From Octopus vulgaris (lineage: Eukaryota): a stretch of 64,000 nt of DNA. The notes beneath the pieces are model-generated. The model had not been told where the DNA came from and did no database searches. It saw only the letters and a list, made by a program, of their open reading frames with translations. Below, piece after piece: positions 14,095 to 27,458 of the stretch (position 1 is the stretch's first letter; the number at the start of each line of letters is the position of its first letter). The position numbers and the translations under genes are program-made. The stretch covers positions 19,282,001 to 19,346,000 of the forward strand of contig OX597815.1 of the NCBI GenBank assembly GCA_951406725.2, given 5' to 3'.

Positions 14095-14159
14095 CATGAA
14101 GTAGCATGAACCGATTGTACTACACTACCTTGGATATCCTTGTTGCTTATTTTGATTAT

Positions 14160-14203
<44 letters not shown>

Positions 14204-14580
14204 GTAAATGTGTGTATCTACACGCACACATCCACATACATCTTGTTAGTAATATATATATACGTGTTTATATGCACATGTACAAACATATATATTTTAC
14301 AGTCACCTTTTAGTGGACTCAGATTTCTGTTACTGAAAGAACAGCACGCTTCTATTTTTTGAATATTGTTCCTGAATAAAATGGTGTGCTTGACACGGTG
14401 GAAGAGATGAAAGGAGAGCAAACAGGCAGAGACATAGACGTTTTTAAAATAATACTTAGTCAAGCTTAAGTGTGAAATTTATATGAAGAGAAAAACTCGT
14501 CTTCTTTCTAGAAGCGAGAGGTAAATGTTCCAGTTAGAAATATTTCATAGACATGGGACACGACTCCAAGTCGAGGAAGT

Positions 14581-14810
14581 TATTTCTTTACTACCCACAA
14601 GGGGCTAAACACAGAGGGGACAAACAAGGACAGACAAACGGATTAAGTCGATTACATCGACCCCAGTGCGTAACTGGTACTTAATTTATCGACCCCTAGA
14701 GGGTGAAAGGTAAAGTCGACCTCGGCAGAATTTGAACTCAGAACGTAATGCCAGACGAAATACGGCTACGCATCTCGCCCGGCGTGATAACGTTTCTGCC
14801 AGCTCGCTAT
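14581..14810 (-). mobile_element. SINE family B, well-preserved copy with a 13-bp TSD
   Basis: Minus strand reads GCGAGCTGGCAGAAACGTT...TTCTGAGTTCAAATTC (B-box-like)...GTAAAGAAATA. Perfect TSD AAGTCGAGGAAGT at 14568-14580 and 14811-14823. Confidence 0.93.
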
Positions 14811-16764
14811 AAGTCGAGGAAGTGATGGACGTGGGTGGAGACACGATGAGAGAGGTGAAACTCTGTACGAAGGGCCTGTCGAGTTTGGGGGTATGCTTAA
14901 AAGGAGAGAGGGAATGCGTGAGGGAAGAAACGAAAGGTGACAGTATAAGCTTGATGGTGGTAGAAGAACCTCTGGTTGGTCTGCTAGAGAGGCAAAGCTG
15001 GAGGTGTGGTAGAAGAAAGGAGAGAAGAGAAGGTTCGTCGAGGAAAGGACGGGAGGTGTAAGAGCCGGATGTGTAGTCAGCTTTACTGTGACGGGAAAGG
15101 ATGGTTTGAACAAGAGTGGGAGTGCAGTTACATCAAGTAAATTAACCGACCGTGCATTGTGCTTTAAAGGGAAAGTCATAGCTGCAGCCATAGAGATGGA
15201 AAAAACCAAAGGAATTGAGAATAAAGGATCGCATGTTTCGTGTAGGTGGAATGAAATGAATCAGTTGAAGGTAGTAGTGTAAATAGCTACACACCCACAC
15301 ACCCACACACACATATATATATGACATGGAACAGTTTGGCAATTGCAAGATCTATTTATACTAATAACACTAATAACTTAGAAATCAAACTAACAAAAAG
15401 GATGTAATATAATGCACTTGAAATAATGCGTATCTCTTTGATATAGCTTTAATAATATGCAGTTTAACAAACAATGAAAAGCTCTTTCATAAAGCTGCTT
15501 AAATACACAAATAATTGGGGTCGTCGCGCAACGCACACAAACATACCAGCATCCTCTTTTCACCCCCAAAATAGGGCGAAAATAATATCTAATTTAATTA
15601 CTTTGCCTGTTTTCTCCATCAACGCACAATTGGAATAATCTTCAAAACCGTCTACCGCATCGGACATTTTGTATGTACCCGAACTTATGTTCGAAACAGC
15701 AAACAAAGATTCATATTACACTCGCCGACATACAATAGTCGTAGTGGTGTGCAATTATCTAAAAGTCCAAATATTATCTACTATGAAATACAGTTAATTT
15801 TTTTCTGATCATTCATCCATTCCATTAGACAGTAACTTAGACACCATTGCCAAAGTATAATATTCAAATTTATCCTCATTTCCATTCTGTGTTTTCCAAA
15901 CGTCACTTCGACAATTACATTATTGGCATTTTCTCAAGTGAACTAATTTGTTTCATTCCGGTTCCCAAGACTGACTCAATCTATTTTTAAATAACACATA
16001 CATTCCTTCCTATCGAAATCTGAATAATACTTGAACTTCCCTCTTGTCGTGTGCTTCCCTCAATCAAAATTAATATTAATCGTTCTACATTAACACAGAC
16101 AATCCGGCAATACACTTTGGGAAAGTTTCCAAATTTACTATATTCATTGCACCAAACAATACAGCTATTTGGATAATAATACACCCTATACCTGTGCTCT
16201 TACACTTATATACATTCAATATCAAACGATTATCATAGAACATTTATTTTTTATCTTTACGAATTATAGGCTAATTCTAGTAGCGTTCGGCAGACGCAAA
16301 CTTTGTTAAGTTATTAGTATGGGCTTTGAAATATATCAATTGTAGATCAACAGTAATATTCATGAAAAATATGATGAATGCAACTTTACTGATAGTTTTC
16401 TACGATACCTTGATGACAAGTGATTTATCGTTAGTTCTGAATTTTTGCAGTAAAGTAAAATTTTAAGTAATAAATCATCTTTTTTTCTTTTAGCGTCGAC
16501 AGGTAGTCAGTCATAAAGAGATGTTTGGATATATTTATGTATATTACCTTATAGCTTTTCAAATAAATATATTCGGTGACAGGATTAGTTACGGCAAGCA
16601 GAAATGGACACAAACTCAAATGCACGCAAACCAGCACTCTCACGCACAGATACTTGCTCACCGCATACCGCTACTTTATATTTATAACTCTACATATACA
16701 GTGCTTTATTTTGCTGCATAAAAATATTATTGCATTTTAAGAATACACACACACACACACACAG

Positions 16765-16829
<65 letters not shown>

Positions 16830-16925
16830 CATATGCATATATATATACATACATTCATACAGACAGATATATATATATGAAAAAACAAGTCAAGATAGGA
16901 AATGCTAAAATAATTTTATAAAGAA

Positions 16926-16973
16926 CATTTCAGTACCGGTTTCGGTCAGTTTGAGACCTTTTCAACTGTAACG
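16926..16973 (-). ncRNA. Minimal type-I hammerhead ribozyme, U3-A8 variant, in a Penelope-like terminal fragment (~16880-17085)
   Basis: Minus strand reads CGTTACAG-TTGAAAA-GGTC-tcaaact-GACC-GAAA-CCGGT-A-CTGAAATG. Stem I has 7 of 8 pairs, stem II is a perfect 4 bp, stem III is the palindrome ACCGGT, and the cleavage triplet is GUA. Confidence 0.78.
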
Positions 16974-17094
16974 TTTAAATAATTAAATTTAGAAAAATTA
17001 AAAGAAAAGTTTTTTTAAAGGAATATTTTTATAGTGTTCAAATATAAGTGGCATTCTGCCTTTCTCTGTCTCCCTTGTTTGCACTTGTATATAT

Positions 17095-17308
17095 TCTCTC
17101 TTTTTCTCTTTTACTCTTTTACTTGTTTCAGTCATTTGACTGCGGCCATGCTGGATCACCGCCTTTAGTCGAGCAAATCGACCCCGGGACTTATTCTTTG
17201 TAAGCCCAGTACTTATTCTAGCGGTCTGTTTTGCCGAACCGCTAAGTAACGGGGACGTAAACACACAGCATTGGTTGTCAAGCAATGCACATAAACACAG
17301 ACACACAA

Positions 17309-17369
<61 letters not shown>

Positions 17370-17532
17370 TACGACAGGCTTCTTTCAGTGTCCGTCTACC
17401 AAATCCACTCACAAGGCATTGGTTGGCCCGGGGCTATAGCAGAAGACACTTGCCCAAGATGCCACGCAGTGGGACTGAACCCGGGACCATGTGGTTGGTA
17501 AGCAAGCTACTTACCACACAGCCACTCCTACG

Positions 17533-17533
<1 letters not shown>
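17095..17533 (-). mobile_element. tRNA-derived SINE family A, full length
   Basis: Collinear and highly similar to 6944-7352, with an expanded internal (TA)n. TSD-like CTTRTATATA flanks it. Confidence 0.92.
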
Positions 17534-17576
<43 letters not shown>

Positions 17577-18040
17577 AAATCTCTCAATGAATTTTGCAAT
17601 ACAACGAAAACTGTAAGGCTTTCTTATTGTTTGTACCCCTATTTTATTTATAACTGCCAGTGTCGTGACTTTCTAAAGCAGTGACAAACACAAGTGCAAA
17701 AAACCCCCAAGAAACATACAGGGATTAAGACATAAGTGTGTACAAACGTAATCACATATGTGTGTATATGAATACATATATCTGTATAAATTTTATGATT
17801 CCGCTTGGGCATTGCAATACTAATTACCGGTTGTTAGAATTCAGTATACTTATGCTTTAGAGTAAAGCGTTAGGGGTTTACAGAGCGTAATATTAATTAA
17901 TGATGACCAAAGAACATGACTTACACAATCACCTTCATTTGCCCACCGTTGTTTCTGTTATAGGAATCAGTCACTCAGAGTCGAGCACTTATGAAACATG
18001 CTTGCGAAACATGCTTGCGAAACATGCTATATCTTCATCT

Positions 18041-18170
<130 letters not shown>

Positions 18171-18249
18171 GGTTGGAGGAATTGCAGATGGCTGAATGGC
18201 CTCCAGAGAGGCATTAGATATTGTTCACAAATATTGACTTAAAACTATA

Positions 18250-18845
18250 ATTTTCATTGCGATCTTCGTCACTCCGATTTTCCAGTATTCTTTGGTCTGT
18301 ACGTATACCGTTACTATTGTTATTTCCATGTGACTTTCTTTCGCATTTATTTTATTCTGTCTCAGTTCCTTCAGCCGCTCAACATTTCTATTATATTTTG
18401 CCTCGTTATCTCAGATGTTTGGCCAAAATCTTTTGCTTCCCTATGCATCTGGTGCCCCTCTTTCTTTCTTACTCTTACCCTCGAAGACCTAGTAAACTCT
18501 TTTCTGATCGTACTGGAAGACTCTATTGATTCTGTATTGTTGTGTTCTTTGTTCAAATCTCTTCAGCTGGCATACCTTGCTCTGCATCTATTCTTTCAAG
18601 AAAATAACCGTTTATACCTTTCTTCAGTATATTCTACTTCTTTTCTACTTCAAGATTATTTGTTCCTTCTTTAAGTCACATCTAATTTTAAGTTTCAAGA
18701 AGTTAAATGCTTTCTTAATTCGTTGATTCTATCATTCTTCTTTTACCACCTTCCATCGTTCCCCATTCAGTGGATTTACAAATGCCATTTTCTTTGCAAC
18801 AAACACAGCCTTCGTACCAATACCATCGTTTGTGTCATTGAATGA
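18250..18845 (-). pseudogene. R4/Dong-like non-LTR retrotransposon, N-terminal (pre-RT) fragment
   Basis: Minus-strand translation QLKRFEQRTQQYRINRVFQYDQKRVY* ... PDA*GSKRFWPNI*DNEAKYNRNVERLKEL matches R4-clade motifs (KRY..R..Q..QN.LF..DQK.FY; PD.EE...FW..IW.....HN..A.WL). Confidence 0.75.
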
Positions 18846-18863
18846 GATATATTTTCCGTTCTA

Positions 18864-19061
18864 CGTGGGGATGCTGAAAAGTTCCTGGTTTTGGGTAAAA
18901 GAAAATACAGGATTTTATTCAGCATATTCCCCTCTCAGATTCACACACTTATTGCAGCAATCCTTCAGTTTTTCTAAGCCCTGTAAAAAAAACTTGGCAG
19001 GTTAGGCCTCCAGCCAGGCCTTTCGCGACACCTTTAAAGCGAGTATTTTCAGTATACTCCG
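18864..19061 (-). mobile_element. Internally deleted mariner derivative (MITE)
   Basis: TA flanks at 18862-3 and 19062-3 and degenerate TIRs (CGTGGGGATGCTGAAAA / TTTTCAGTATACTCCG). The minus strand retains the transposase C-terminus FLQGLEKLKDCCNKCVNLRGEYAE*. Confidence 0.75.
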
Positions 19062-19284
19062 TAATATATTTCAGTACCTCGTACATCTTTTTTTTATTCA
19101 CATATGTTCTGTCCGCTTGTCTTCGGTTTGCTGTTGATTGACTTTACCCTCTTTCATATTTCTATGATCGCACTAATCTTATTATTATTTCCATTCGTTT
19201 GATTATTATTTAAGACGTCTCACAGTATCCAATACGGTGATGATTTCGATTGAAGATATTCTGTCTACCGGGGGGTTTGTTTTG

Positions 19285-19420
19285 TCTGTCAAGTCACAAC
19301 AAGGGACTCAGACTGATAGTACTTTACATAATATGCGCGCAGTTCCAAGTAATGCCGATTTTTGCAGTACCTACATTGAAGGATATTTCTAAAGTTCCCT
19401 GTATTTTTTAAATCATAATT
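19285..19420 (-). pseudogene. R4/Dong-like element 3' end
   Basis: Minus-strand translation VLQKSALLGTARILCKVLSV*, the typical R4-clade C-terminus. Confidence 0.75.
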
Positions 19421-19580
19421 ATACTTTTGCAAGATAGATGCACGTAAAAGATATATGTGAAATTGTCGCGAAACGCTATTATCATTGCAAACTATTTCTA
19501 TTGTAAACATGTCCGCAAGTCGTAAACAAGAAGCGAAATATTCCTTGGGGTTTAGCTCGCTACATCAAATGCCTGAGATA

Positions 19581-19983
19581 TCTTTATATATATAAAGGTG
19601 AAGTTGTGTGTCTGTCTCCTACGATTTAGATTCCTAACTACTCCCACATTTTGCGGTGCAGTTTAACCAAAACCGGGTATCTTATAGTCGTGATTCATAT
19701 CGAGCTCTTCTGGGTATTAGCGCGCGTCTACGATGAGTCTACGATTTAAAAAATAATTCACCATCATTTTTTTCCATTTTAATGCATTTTTTTCGCTATT
19801 ATATAAGGGAAGTAACTCTCTAAAAATGTCTACGATGAGTCAACGATTTAAAAAAACATTTACCATCATTTTTTTCCCATTTTTAATGCATTTTTTTTTG
19901 CTATTTTTTGGCTATAACTCTCTGAAAATGCTTATATAGTTATTTCCCTTACAAACCCGAGCAACGCCGGGCGATACTGCTAG
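19581..19983 (+). mobile_element. Non-autonomous Helitron with intact termini
   Basis: A|TC 5' end (TCTTTATATATATAAAG), subterminal hairpin CCCGAGCAACGCCGGG at 19956-19971, CTAG|T 3' end, no TSD. Internal 102-bp tandem duplication (19726-19827 / 19828-19929). Confidence 0.9.
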
Positions 19984-20024
19984 TTTTGTTATAAAATTTG
20001 AACATGCATACATCAATGTATATA

Positions 20025-20075
<51 letters not shown>

Positions 20076-20160
20076 ACACTAAACACACATATACATACAT
20101 ACATGTATATATCTATGTATGTATGTATTTATGCATTGTGTTCATGCATGCGTGCATGTA

Positions 20161-20218
<58 letters not shown>

Positions 20219-20496
20219 CATTATATACAGACAAGAATTTTGACAGCAACAGTAATAAATTTTAATACATGTGATTTGATTGATCACATCGAGCCCCTGA
20301 ACAAGCTACTTAGAGCGTTTTGTCACGGAAAATATATCCCGTTTGTTGACAAATGGCGTGTGTACACCTAAATCAGCTCGCAGCGCCATCCAACCTCACT
20401 GGAGCGCCTCAAGCATATTCGACTTGATAATAACATTACAATTTTAGTTATCACTATTTAACGTCCCCGCTCTGTAATATATATAAATATATATAT

Positions 20497-20691
20497 AACG
20501 GGAAGCTTTATGAAAATAAACAAAAGACGAAGGCAGGTGGAAAACAAACGAACAATTGTATTATATGGCGCTCAGGAAATATAAATAAAACAAGTCTTTA
20601 ACGTTTCGAGCTACGTTTCAACAGAAAGATACACAGAGAGAGAAAAACACAGAAAGAAGGAGAGAAAAAATGCGTGCAGTAGCTAACGAAT

Positions 20692-20692
<1 letters not shown>
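20497..20692 (-). mobile_element. ~190-bp Penelope-like terminal-repeat element with a hammerhead remnant (20595-20629)
   Basis: The reverse complement is homologous to 20728-20914 and 44711-44897. It reads TCTTT-CTGTTGA-...GCTC-GAAACGTT-AAAGA, with stem II partly deleted. Confidence 0.75.
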
Positions 20693-20727
<35 letters not shown>

Positions 20728-20730
<3 letters not shown>

Positions 20731-20914
20731 AGATTGCTAGCCACTACATGCATTTTTTTCTCTCTTTGTTTCTCTCCTTGTTTTTTCTGTGTACCTTTCT
20801 GTAGAAGAGCGTAGGCTCGAGACGTAAAAGACGTTTTCTATTCCTGAGCGTTATACTAATACATCTGTATGTTTTGTACACCACCTGTCTTCGTCTTTTG
20901 TTTATTTTCGTAAA
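20728..20914 (+). mobile_element. ~190-bp Penelope-like terminal-repeat element with a hammerhead motif (20794-20831)
   Basis: CCTTT-CTGTAGA-A-GAGC-gtag-GCTC-GAGAC-GTA-AAAGA, with GAAA mutated to GAGA. It abuts (TA)n. Confidence 0.78.
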
Positions 20915-21274
20915 ATTAGAAGGTTTGGAGATCATGTACAGATATTTTATAATTTTATATTAGAAGAAATGAGGTACTCAGAAATGCGGATGGTTTTATA
21001 TTTACAGATATTTATTTGTATGTTACATGTTTTTATACATCATATATCATATATAACAGCGCTTTCGTCCATTCTAGTGGAGTCATCAAATTGAACTATA
21101 TATATATATATATATATAGGAGTGTGAGTGACTGTGTGGTAAGTTGCTTACGACCCACATGAACACCCACGGGCTTCGAAATGTGATGTGATATAGCGGT
21201 CTTCAGTCCAAGAGAAGCTTTACTTCATGTCAATATTACTGTCTTCTTCAAGGCGCCAACCTGACACAATATTT

Positions 21275-21475
21275 AGTACGTTGGGCAAATTGCTTTGCGG
21301 TATGTCATCTGATTTCATCCGTCTTTACGTTATGAGTTCAAATTCCACCGAAATCGACTTTGCCTTTCATTATTTTAATGTCGATGATATAAGTACCACC
21401 TGAGTACTGAGGTCGATCTAATCAACTTGCCCTTCTCACAAACTTGCAAGTATTGTGCCAAAATTTGAAACCAAT
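21275..21475 (+). mobile_element. SINE family B copy
   Basis: CGTCTTTACGTTATGAGTTCAAATTCCACCGAAATCGACTTTGCCTTTCAT...AAATTTGAAACCAAT. A SINE-A head fragment lies at ~21119-21165. Confidence 0.8.
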
Positions 21476-21479
21476 TTTA

Positions 21480-22030
21480 CTCTCTTTCTGACGTCTTCAG
21501 GGAACATACCTATGCATACTCTTTTTTCGTTTGGAATACTGAGCGGTTCACATCCAGTTCTTCTTTGAGGTATGTTAGTCTGGCTGTTTTGGGTTGTATG
21601 GGAGATCATTAAGAAGAGAGTGCTTTCTGGGGAACTCGCTACCGACACGTAGAAAGATGTTTTCTTTACTTTTCAGTACTAAATTAATGCATTTATTTTT
21701 ACTGTTGTCGTTTAGCAAGTGCTGTCTGAGAGAGGCTATACGACATTCGAAGGCTATCTGCACTGATCTCAGGTCTCTGCCTCCTTTGTCTCTTCTTAGT
21801 TAGAGCCTGTAGATATCACTATTTCTCTGGAGATTTCCAGTTGATGTCAATATCTCATGGATTTCAACATCTATCTTCTACCAGTTACGGATCAGTTACG
21901 CATCCAAAATGTTGGATTCAGCACTGGTGCTGCAAATGCATTCTGGGATATTGTCTTGTCGTAAGAGGAGAGTTCCGACTATCATAGTTTTTAAGCATAA
22001 TTTTCTCCTGTCACTCTATCGTATTCAATT
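21480..22030 (-). pseudogene. R4/Dong-like retrotransposon, RT-thumb region fragment
   Basis: Minus-strand translation IDVEIHEILTSTGNLQRNSDIYRL*LRRDKGGRDLRSVQIAFECRIASLRQHL matches the R4-clade motif RK.LT..G.FH..SDVDRLY..R..GGRGL. Confidence 0.75.
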
Positions 22031-23036
22031 TACTTCCATATGACATGTTCTCATCAATGCGTAGGTACTTGTAGCATTTTTGTGTGTATGTTGTGGGAGA
22101 GGGGAGATAGTGAGACCATTAATGCTCAAGTGTTCAAGAGTTGGGTCTGCGGTACTGATTTTCCCCGTTCAACAATCAATGTGTATATTTGCATGTGTGT
22201 AATAAAATTGTCAAAGCTTTGATACATAGCTATACATTTGTTTATCCTCTGTATTTTTCTTCATTTTAACTTTGTTTATAGAGAGCCTAATCTGCTGCCA
22301 TCTCACACAGATAAATACAGATACCGCACAGCTTTTTTCACCGAATGAATAAATAATTTTTTTAAGTATCACTCGGCGAAATTCGATATTTATAATATTT
22401 CGTTGTACTTTCGTATTCGTATTATATCGGCATATTTACCATTATATTTTCTAGAGATACTAACTTTTACGTGAATATATTTTCATATGAATATTCGCTC
22501 TCCCAATACTAAACATTTTATTAGATTAACCCTTCCTCATGTTATCCTTTTTCTTAATATTACCATAAATATTTATTTACTAATTTATCTAGAGATTATA
22601 ACTATTTTTAGGTTCTATTTTCTTTTCATTCCAAAGGCCACAGAAATATTTATGTGTAAGTTGCTGACCAAAGCTGTAAGGAAGTGTGTATGAGTGCATT
22701 TATTGTGTGTGCATTGCACATACACACACACGCACACACACACATATATATATATACACAGACATATACGCAGACAGACACATATTTCAATGTTTCAGAA
22801 AATTTTATTAAACCTTTGCGCATGGTATGTTTTCTCGAAAGAAACAAAATGCTCATCTTAGACACACTAAGCTAATATGTTCACACTTAGTATTAATGTT
22901 TTGTTTACTCCATTCTAAGGTACTTTACCATATTCCACTGAACAGAAAACCCACCAACGTCAGTTTTTATCACTCTTATCTATCTAATTATCTATCTTTT
23001 TGTCTATCTATCTATCTATCTATCTATATATCTTTC

Positions 23037-23095
<59 letters not shown>

Positions 23096-23111
23096 ACATA
23101 TAAAACCACAT

Positions 23112-23290
23112 GTGAATCGTTGGCGATTTTTTCCCTCCGTCTTTTCTATTGGGCTCTTCTCCGTTTCCGAAGAAGAGTTCTGCTCGAAACGTTAAGCCAT
23201 CTTTCTTTCTTTCGCTGAGTGTCTGCTAATACTTTACATGTACCACATCCTCCCGTTGTGTTTTTGTGTTTGTTCTTTGTTTTTTTTTAT
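23112..23290 (+). mobile_element. Penelope-like terminal element (related subfamily) with a hammerhead motif at 23163-23197
   Basis: GTTT-CCGAAGA-A-GAGT-tct-GCTC-GAAAC-GTT-AAGC. Same architecture as the 190-bp family (CTGAG.GT..CTAATAC downstream), lying between TA-rich tracts. Confidence 0.65.
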
Positions 23291-23959
23291 ATATATTATA
23301 TTATATTATATTATATTATATTATATTTTATTATATTATATTCATTAAACATAAGTAAGAGGTTTGCCTGCAATACGTTACAATTAACAACCAGCTGCAA
23401 TGCTCGAGATTTTAAGGTACCCATCACTAGCAATGTAGTTTTAAATCTCTAACATTCACCATTTCAAGTGTTTCCATGTACCTGCACACACATAAAGGTA
23501 TGTCGGGTCCCTCCATTTCAGACTTTGCAATTCTACCTTACCTTCCAGCACTTATTTGTATTCATTGCATCTTCCACCCTTGCACAAATTTGTTTCACAA
23601 TTATAAGCAAAGTGTGAGGTAGACGTCTCCAAAATTACCTCAATTGAACACAATCATTTCTGTAGGTTGTTCAGTAACACAGTTTTTTCTTCTTCTTACT
23701 TAGCGCTCTTACACTATTCTCCAGGAGCAGTCCATTATATATACATGCATATATACAGAAACACATACACGTATATAGTCATGATGCAAGTTACTTATAA
23801 GAAAGTTAAGGATACTGAATATAACAAATGTATATCTCAGTCGTATACTTACCTAAGAACTCTATACTTGGATATATGTGTGTGTGTGTGTGTGCGTACA
23901 CACAAGTTTTGAGTTATTATAAAAGTATATTTGCATATAAATACATATAGATATATATA

Positions 23960-25260
<1,301 letters not shown>

Positions 25261-25678
25261 GGGAAGCGAGATGTGATAGAGAAAATAGATAACATAAAAC
25301 AATGGATTTCAGCCAAATCTTTGTACATCTCGCCAGTACCCCTGATATGGTTATCAGGTAAATTATGAATGATGGGTTCTACGAAGAAATTGAAGATATT
25401 TGAAAGTACTTATCACCACCTCCGTCAATACATCCATCACCTGTAGTGAGCTGTGTAGGTAAGTGCGAACATACGAAAACATATCGTAGTTTCAAGCATA
25501 AATCCTAGCTGAAACCATTTGACTATATATCCGCCTCTAATGACATTGAGAGATGTTATGAAAATTCGTTTTTTGTTGCCAAGCAAGAAATATCTCACAG
25601 AGAGCGTCTGTTGCTACAACTAACACATACATTACTATTACCATCATCATCAACACCATCATTAGTAGTAGTAGTAGC

Positions 25679-25734
<56 letters not shown>

Positions 25735-25736
<2 letters not shown>

Positions 25737-25962
25737 AGGTGGCGAACTGCCAAGATTGGAAATTGTCGGACACATTGCTTAGAGGCATTTCTTCCAGTTT
25801 TTTTTACGTTTTGAGTTCAAGTCCCGCCGATGTTTACAACTTTGCATTTCATTCCTCCCCTCCTCGGTCAACAAAGTAAGTGCCAATCAAGTACAGAGGT
25901 CGATGTTATCGACTTACCTCCCTTGTCTCAAATTGGTGGCCATGTCCCGAAATTAAAAACGA
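25735..25962 (+). mobile_element. SINE family B copy following (TAG)n
   Basis: AAGGTGGCGAACTGCCAAGA...TTTACGTTTTGAGTTCAAGTCCCGCCGA...GAGGTCGATGTTATCGACT. Confidence 0.78.
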
Positions 25963-26089
25963 ATTTTTTATTGTCAGTCTTTTGTTAGTCTTCAACACCT
26001 TTATGCTATTTTCTACTGTATTATCTAATGCGCATTCGCGATTTTAAGGTGTCTAGCTTTTGCAATTGTTGCTGTTTTTTGTTTTATGA

Positions 26090-26600
26090 TATTATGTTTT
26101 ACTTTCGCTTATCTAAGACACTTAAATCCGGACATTTCAGTTCAGGAGCAGCCAACAACTAGACAACAGTCCCTTGTTGCTTACTCTACTATTGCTTTCG
26201 TAGACAAAACTTTCATTAAAATCCTTACCGTAACAAGACGTGCTGTCTTCTGCATGATCTGTAACCTTACATGAATTCCGATTTTATTTACATAGTCTTC
26301 GAAGCTGTCCGATATGTATCCCAGAGCTTCGATCACCACTGGAATCGCTAGAACAATCCTCATCCCCAACAACTTTGTAATCTCTTCATTCAGTGGCGCA
26401 TACTTCTCCATCATTTCATGCTCTTTATATTTCACTCTGTCTCCTGGGATGGAGATATCGATAATATGGGCCTCTTCTTTTTTATTATTATTTTTGACAA
26501 CTACAATGTCTAGCTTCTTTGCGTCAATCATTCTATCATTCTGAATAGTGAAATTCTACAAAAGCTTAAATTTGTCATTCTCTAACACCACTTCTCCTTT
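26090..26600 (-). pseudogene. 5'-truncated R4/Dong-like retrotransposon, restriction-like endonuclease domain plus 3' UTR
   Basis: ORF 26181..26531 contains KKLDIVVV...IIDISIPGD.V..KE.E..EKY..L..EI......IPVVIEALG...QKTARLVTVRILMKVLS, a PD-(D/E)xK-type RLE C-terminus. Confidence 0.85.
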
Positions 26601-26611
26601 CTGCTCATACC

Positions 26612-26774
<163 letters not shown>

Positions 26775-27298
26775 CCTTTGTACAGCTTCAAACGCTGGAG
26801 ATGTACTACGGTGTCAGCTGTTCACTACCAGTGATCTAAGGTAACACCACTTAGTTTTCGTCCACCTTCCGGAGTATTCGAGCGGTTCCAAGCAGTGCTC
26901 CACCCTTATTGCAGCCCCTATTTATTCCATGTACTTCTCGAGATTTTTACTTACCGTTCCCAGGGCTCGGACAATTATTGGTACTACTACCACCTTTTTC
27001 ATCGACCACAACTGCTTTGTCTCCCAAGCTAACCTGTCATAACTATCGACTTTTCTTTCTTCCCTATCGCATACCTTGTTGCTAGATGGGCATGCTATAT
27101 CTATGATCCAACATAGTTTACTTTCTTTCTATGAGTCTATGTCTAACTTCCTATTTTCTATTTCATGGTCGCACTGAATCATAAAATCCCATAGCATCTT
27201 TGCATTATTATTTTCGATGATGCCTTCGGGTTTGTGGTCGTACCAATTGTTTTCTTCATCAAGACCATACATGTTGCAAAGCATCCAATGGACAAGTC
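26775..27298 (-). pseudogene. 5'-truncated R4/Dong-like retrotransposon (post-zinc-knuckle region, RLE and 3' UTR)
   Basis: Minus-strand translation LVHWMLCNMYGLDEENNWYDHKPEGIIENNNAKMLWDFMIQCDHEIENRKLDI ... IIDIACP.....DREERKVDSYDRLAWETKQLWSMKKVVVVPIIVRALGTV. Both ends are embedded in (AAT)-type repeats on the sense strand. Confidence 0.88.
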
Positions 27299-27350
27299 TA
27301 TTATTATTATTATTATTATTATTATCATTATTATTATTACTACAACAACA

Positions 27351-27441
<91 letters not shown>

Positions 27442-27458
27442 TTATTATTATTATTATT
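27299..27458 (+). repeat. (TTA)n(CTA)n microsatellite; a second (TTA)n lies at 27772-27915
   Basis: Read directly. Confidence 0.95.

Noticed and set aside
15480-16200. Possible ancient DNA-transposon coding remnant (similarly 38760-39620)
   Set aside because: Too decayed to identify any diagnostic motif.
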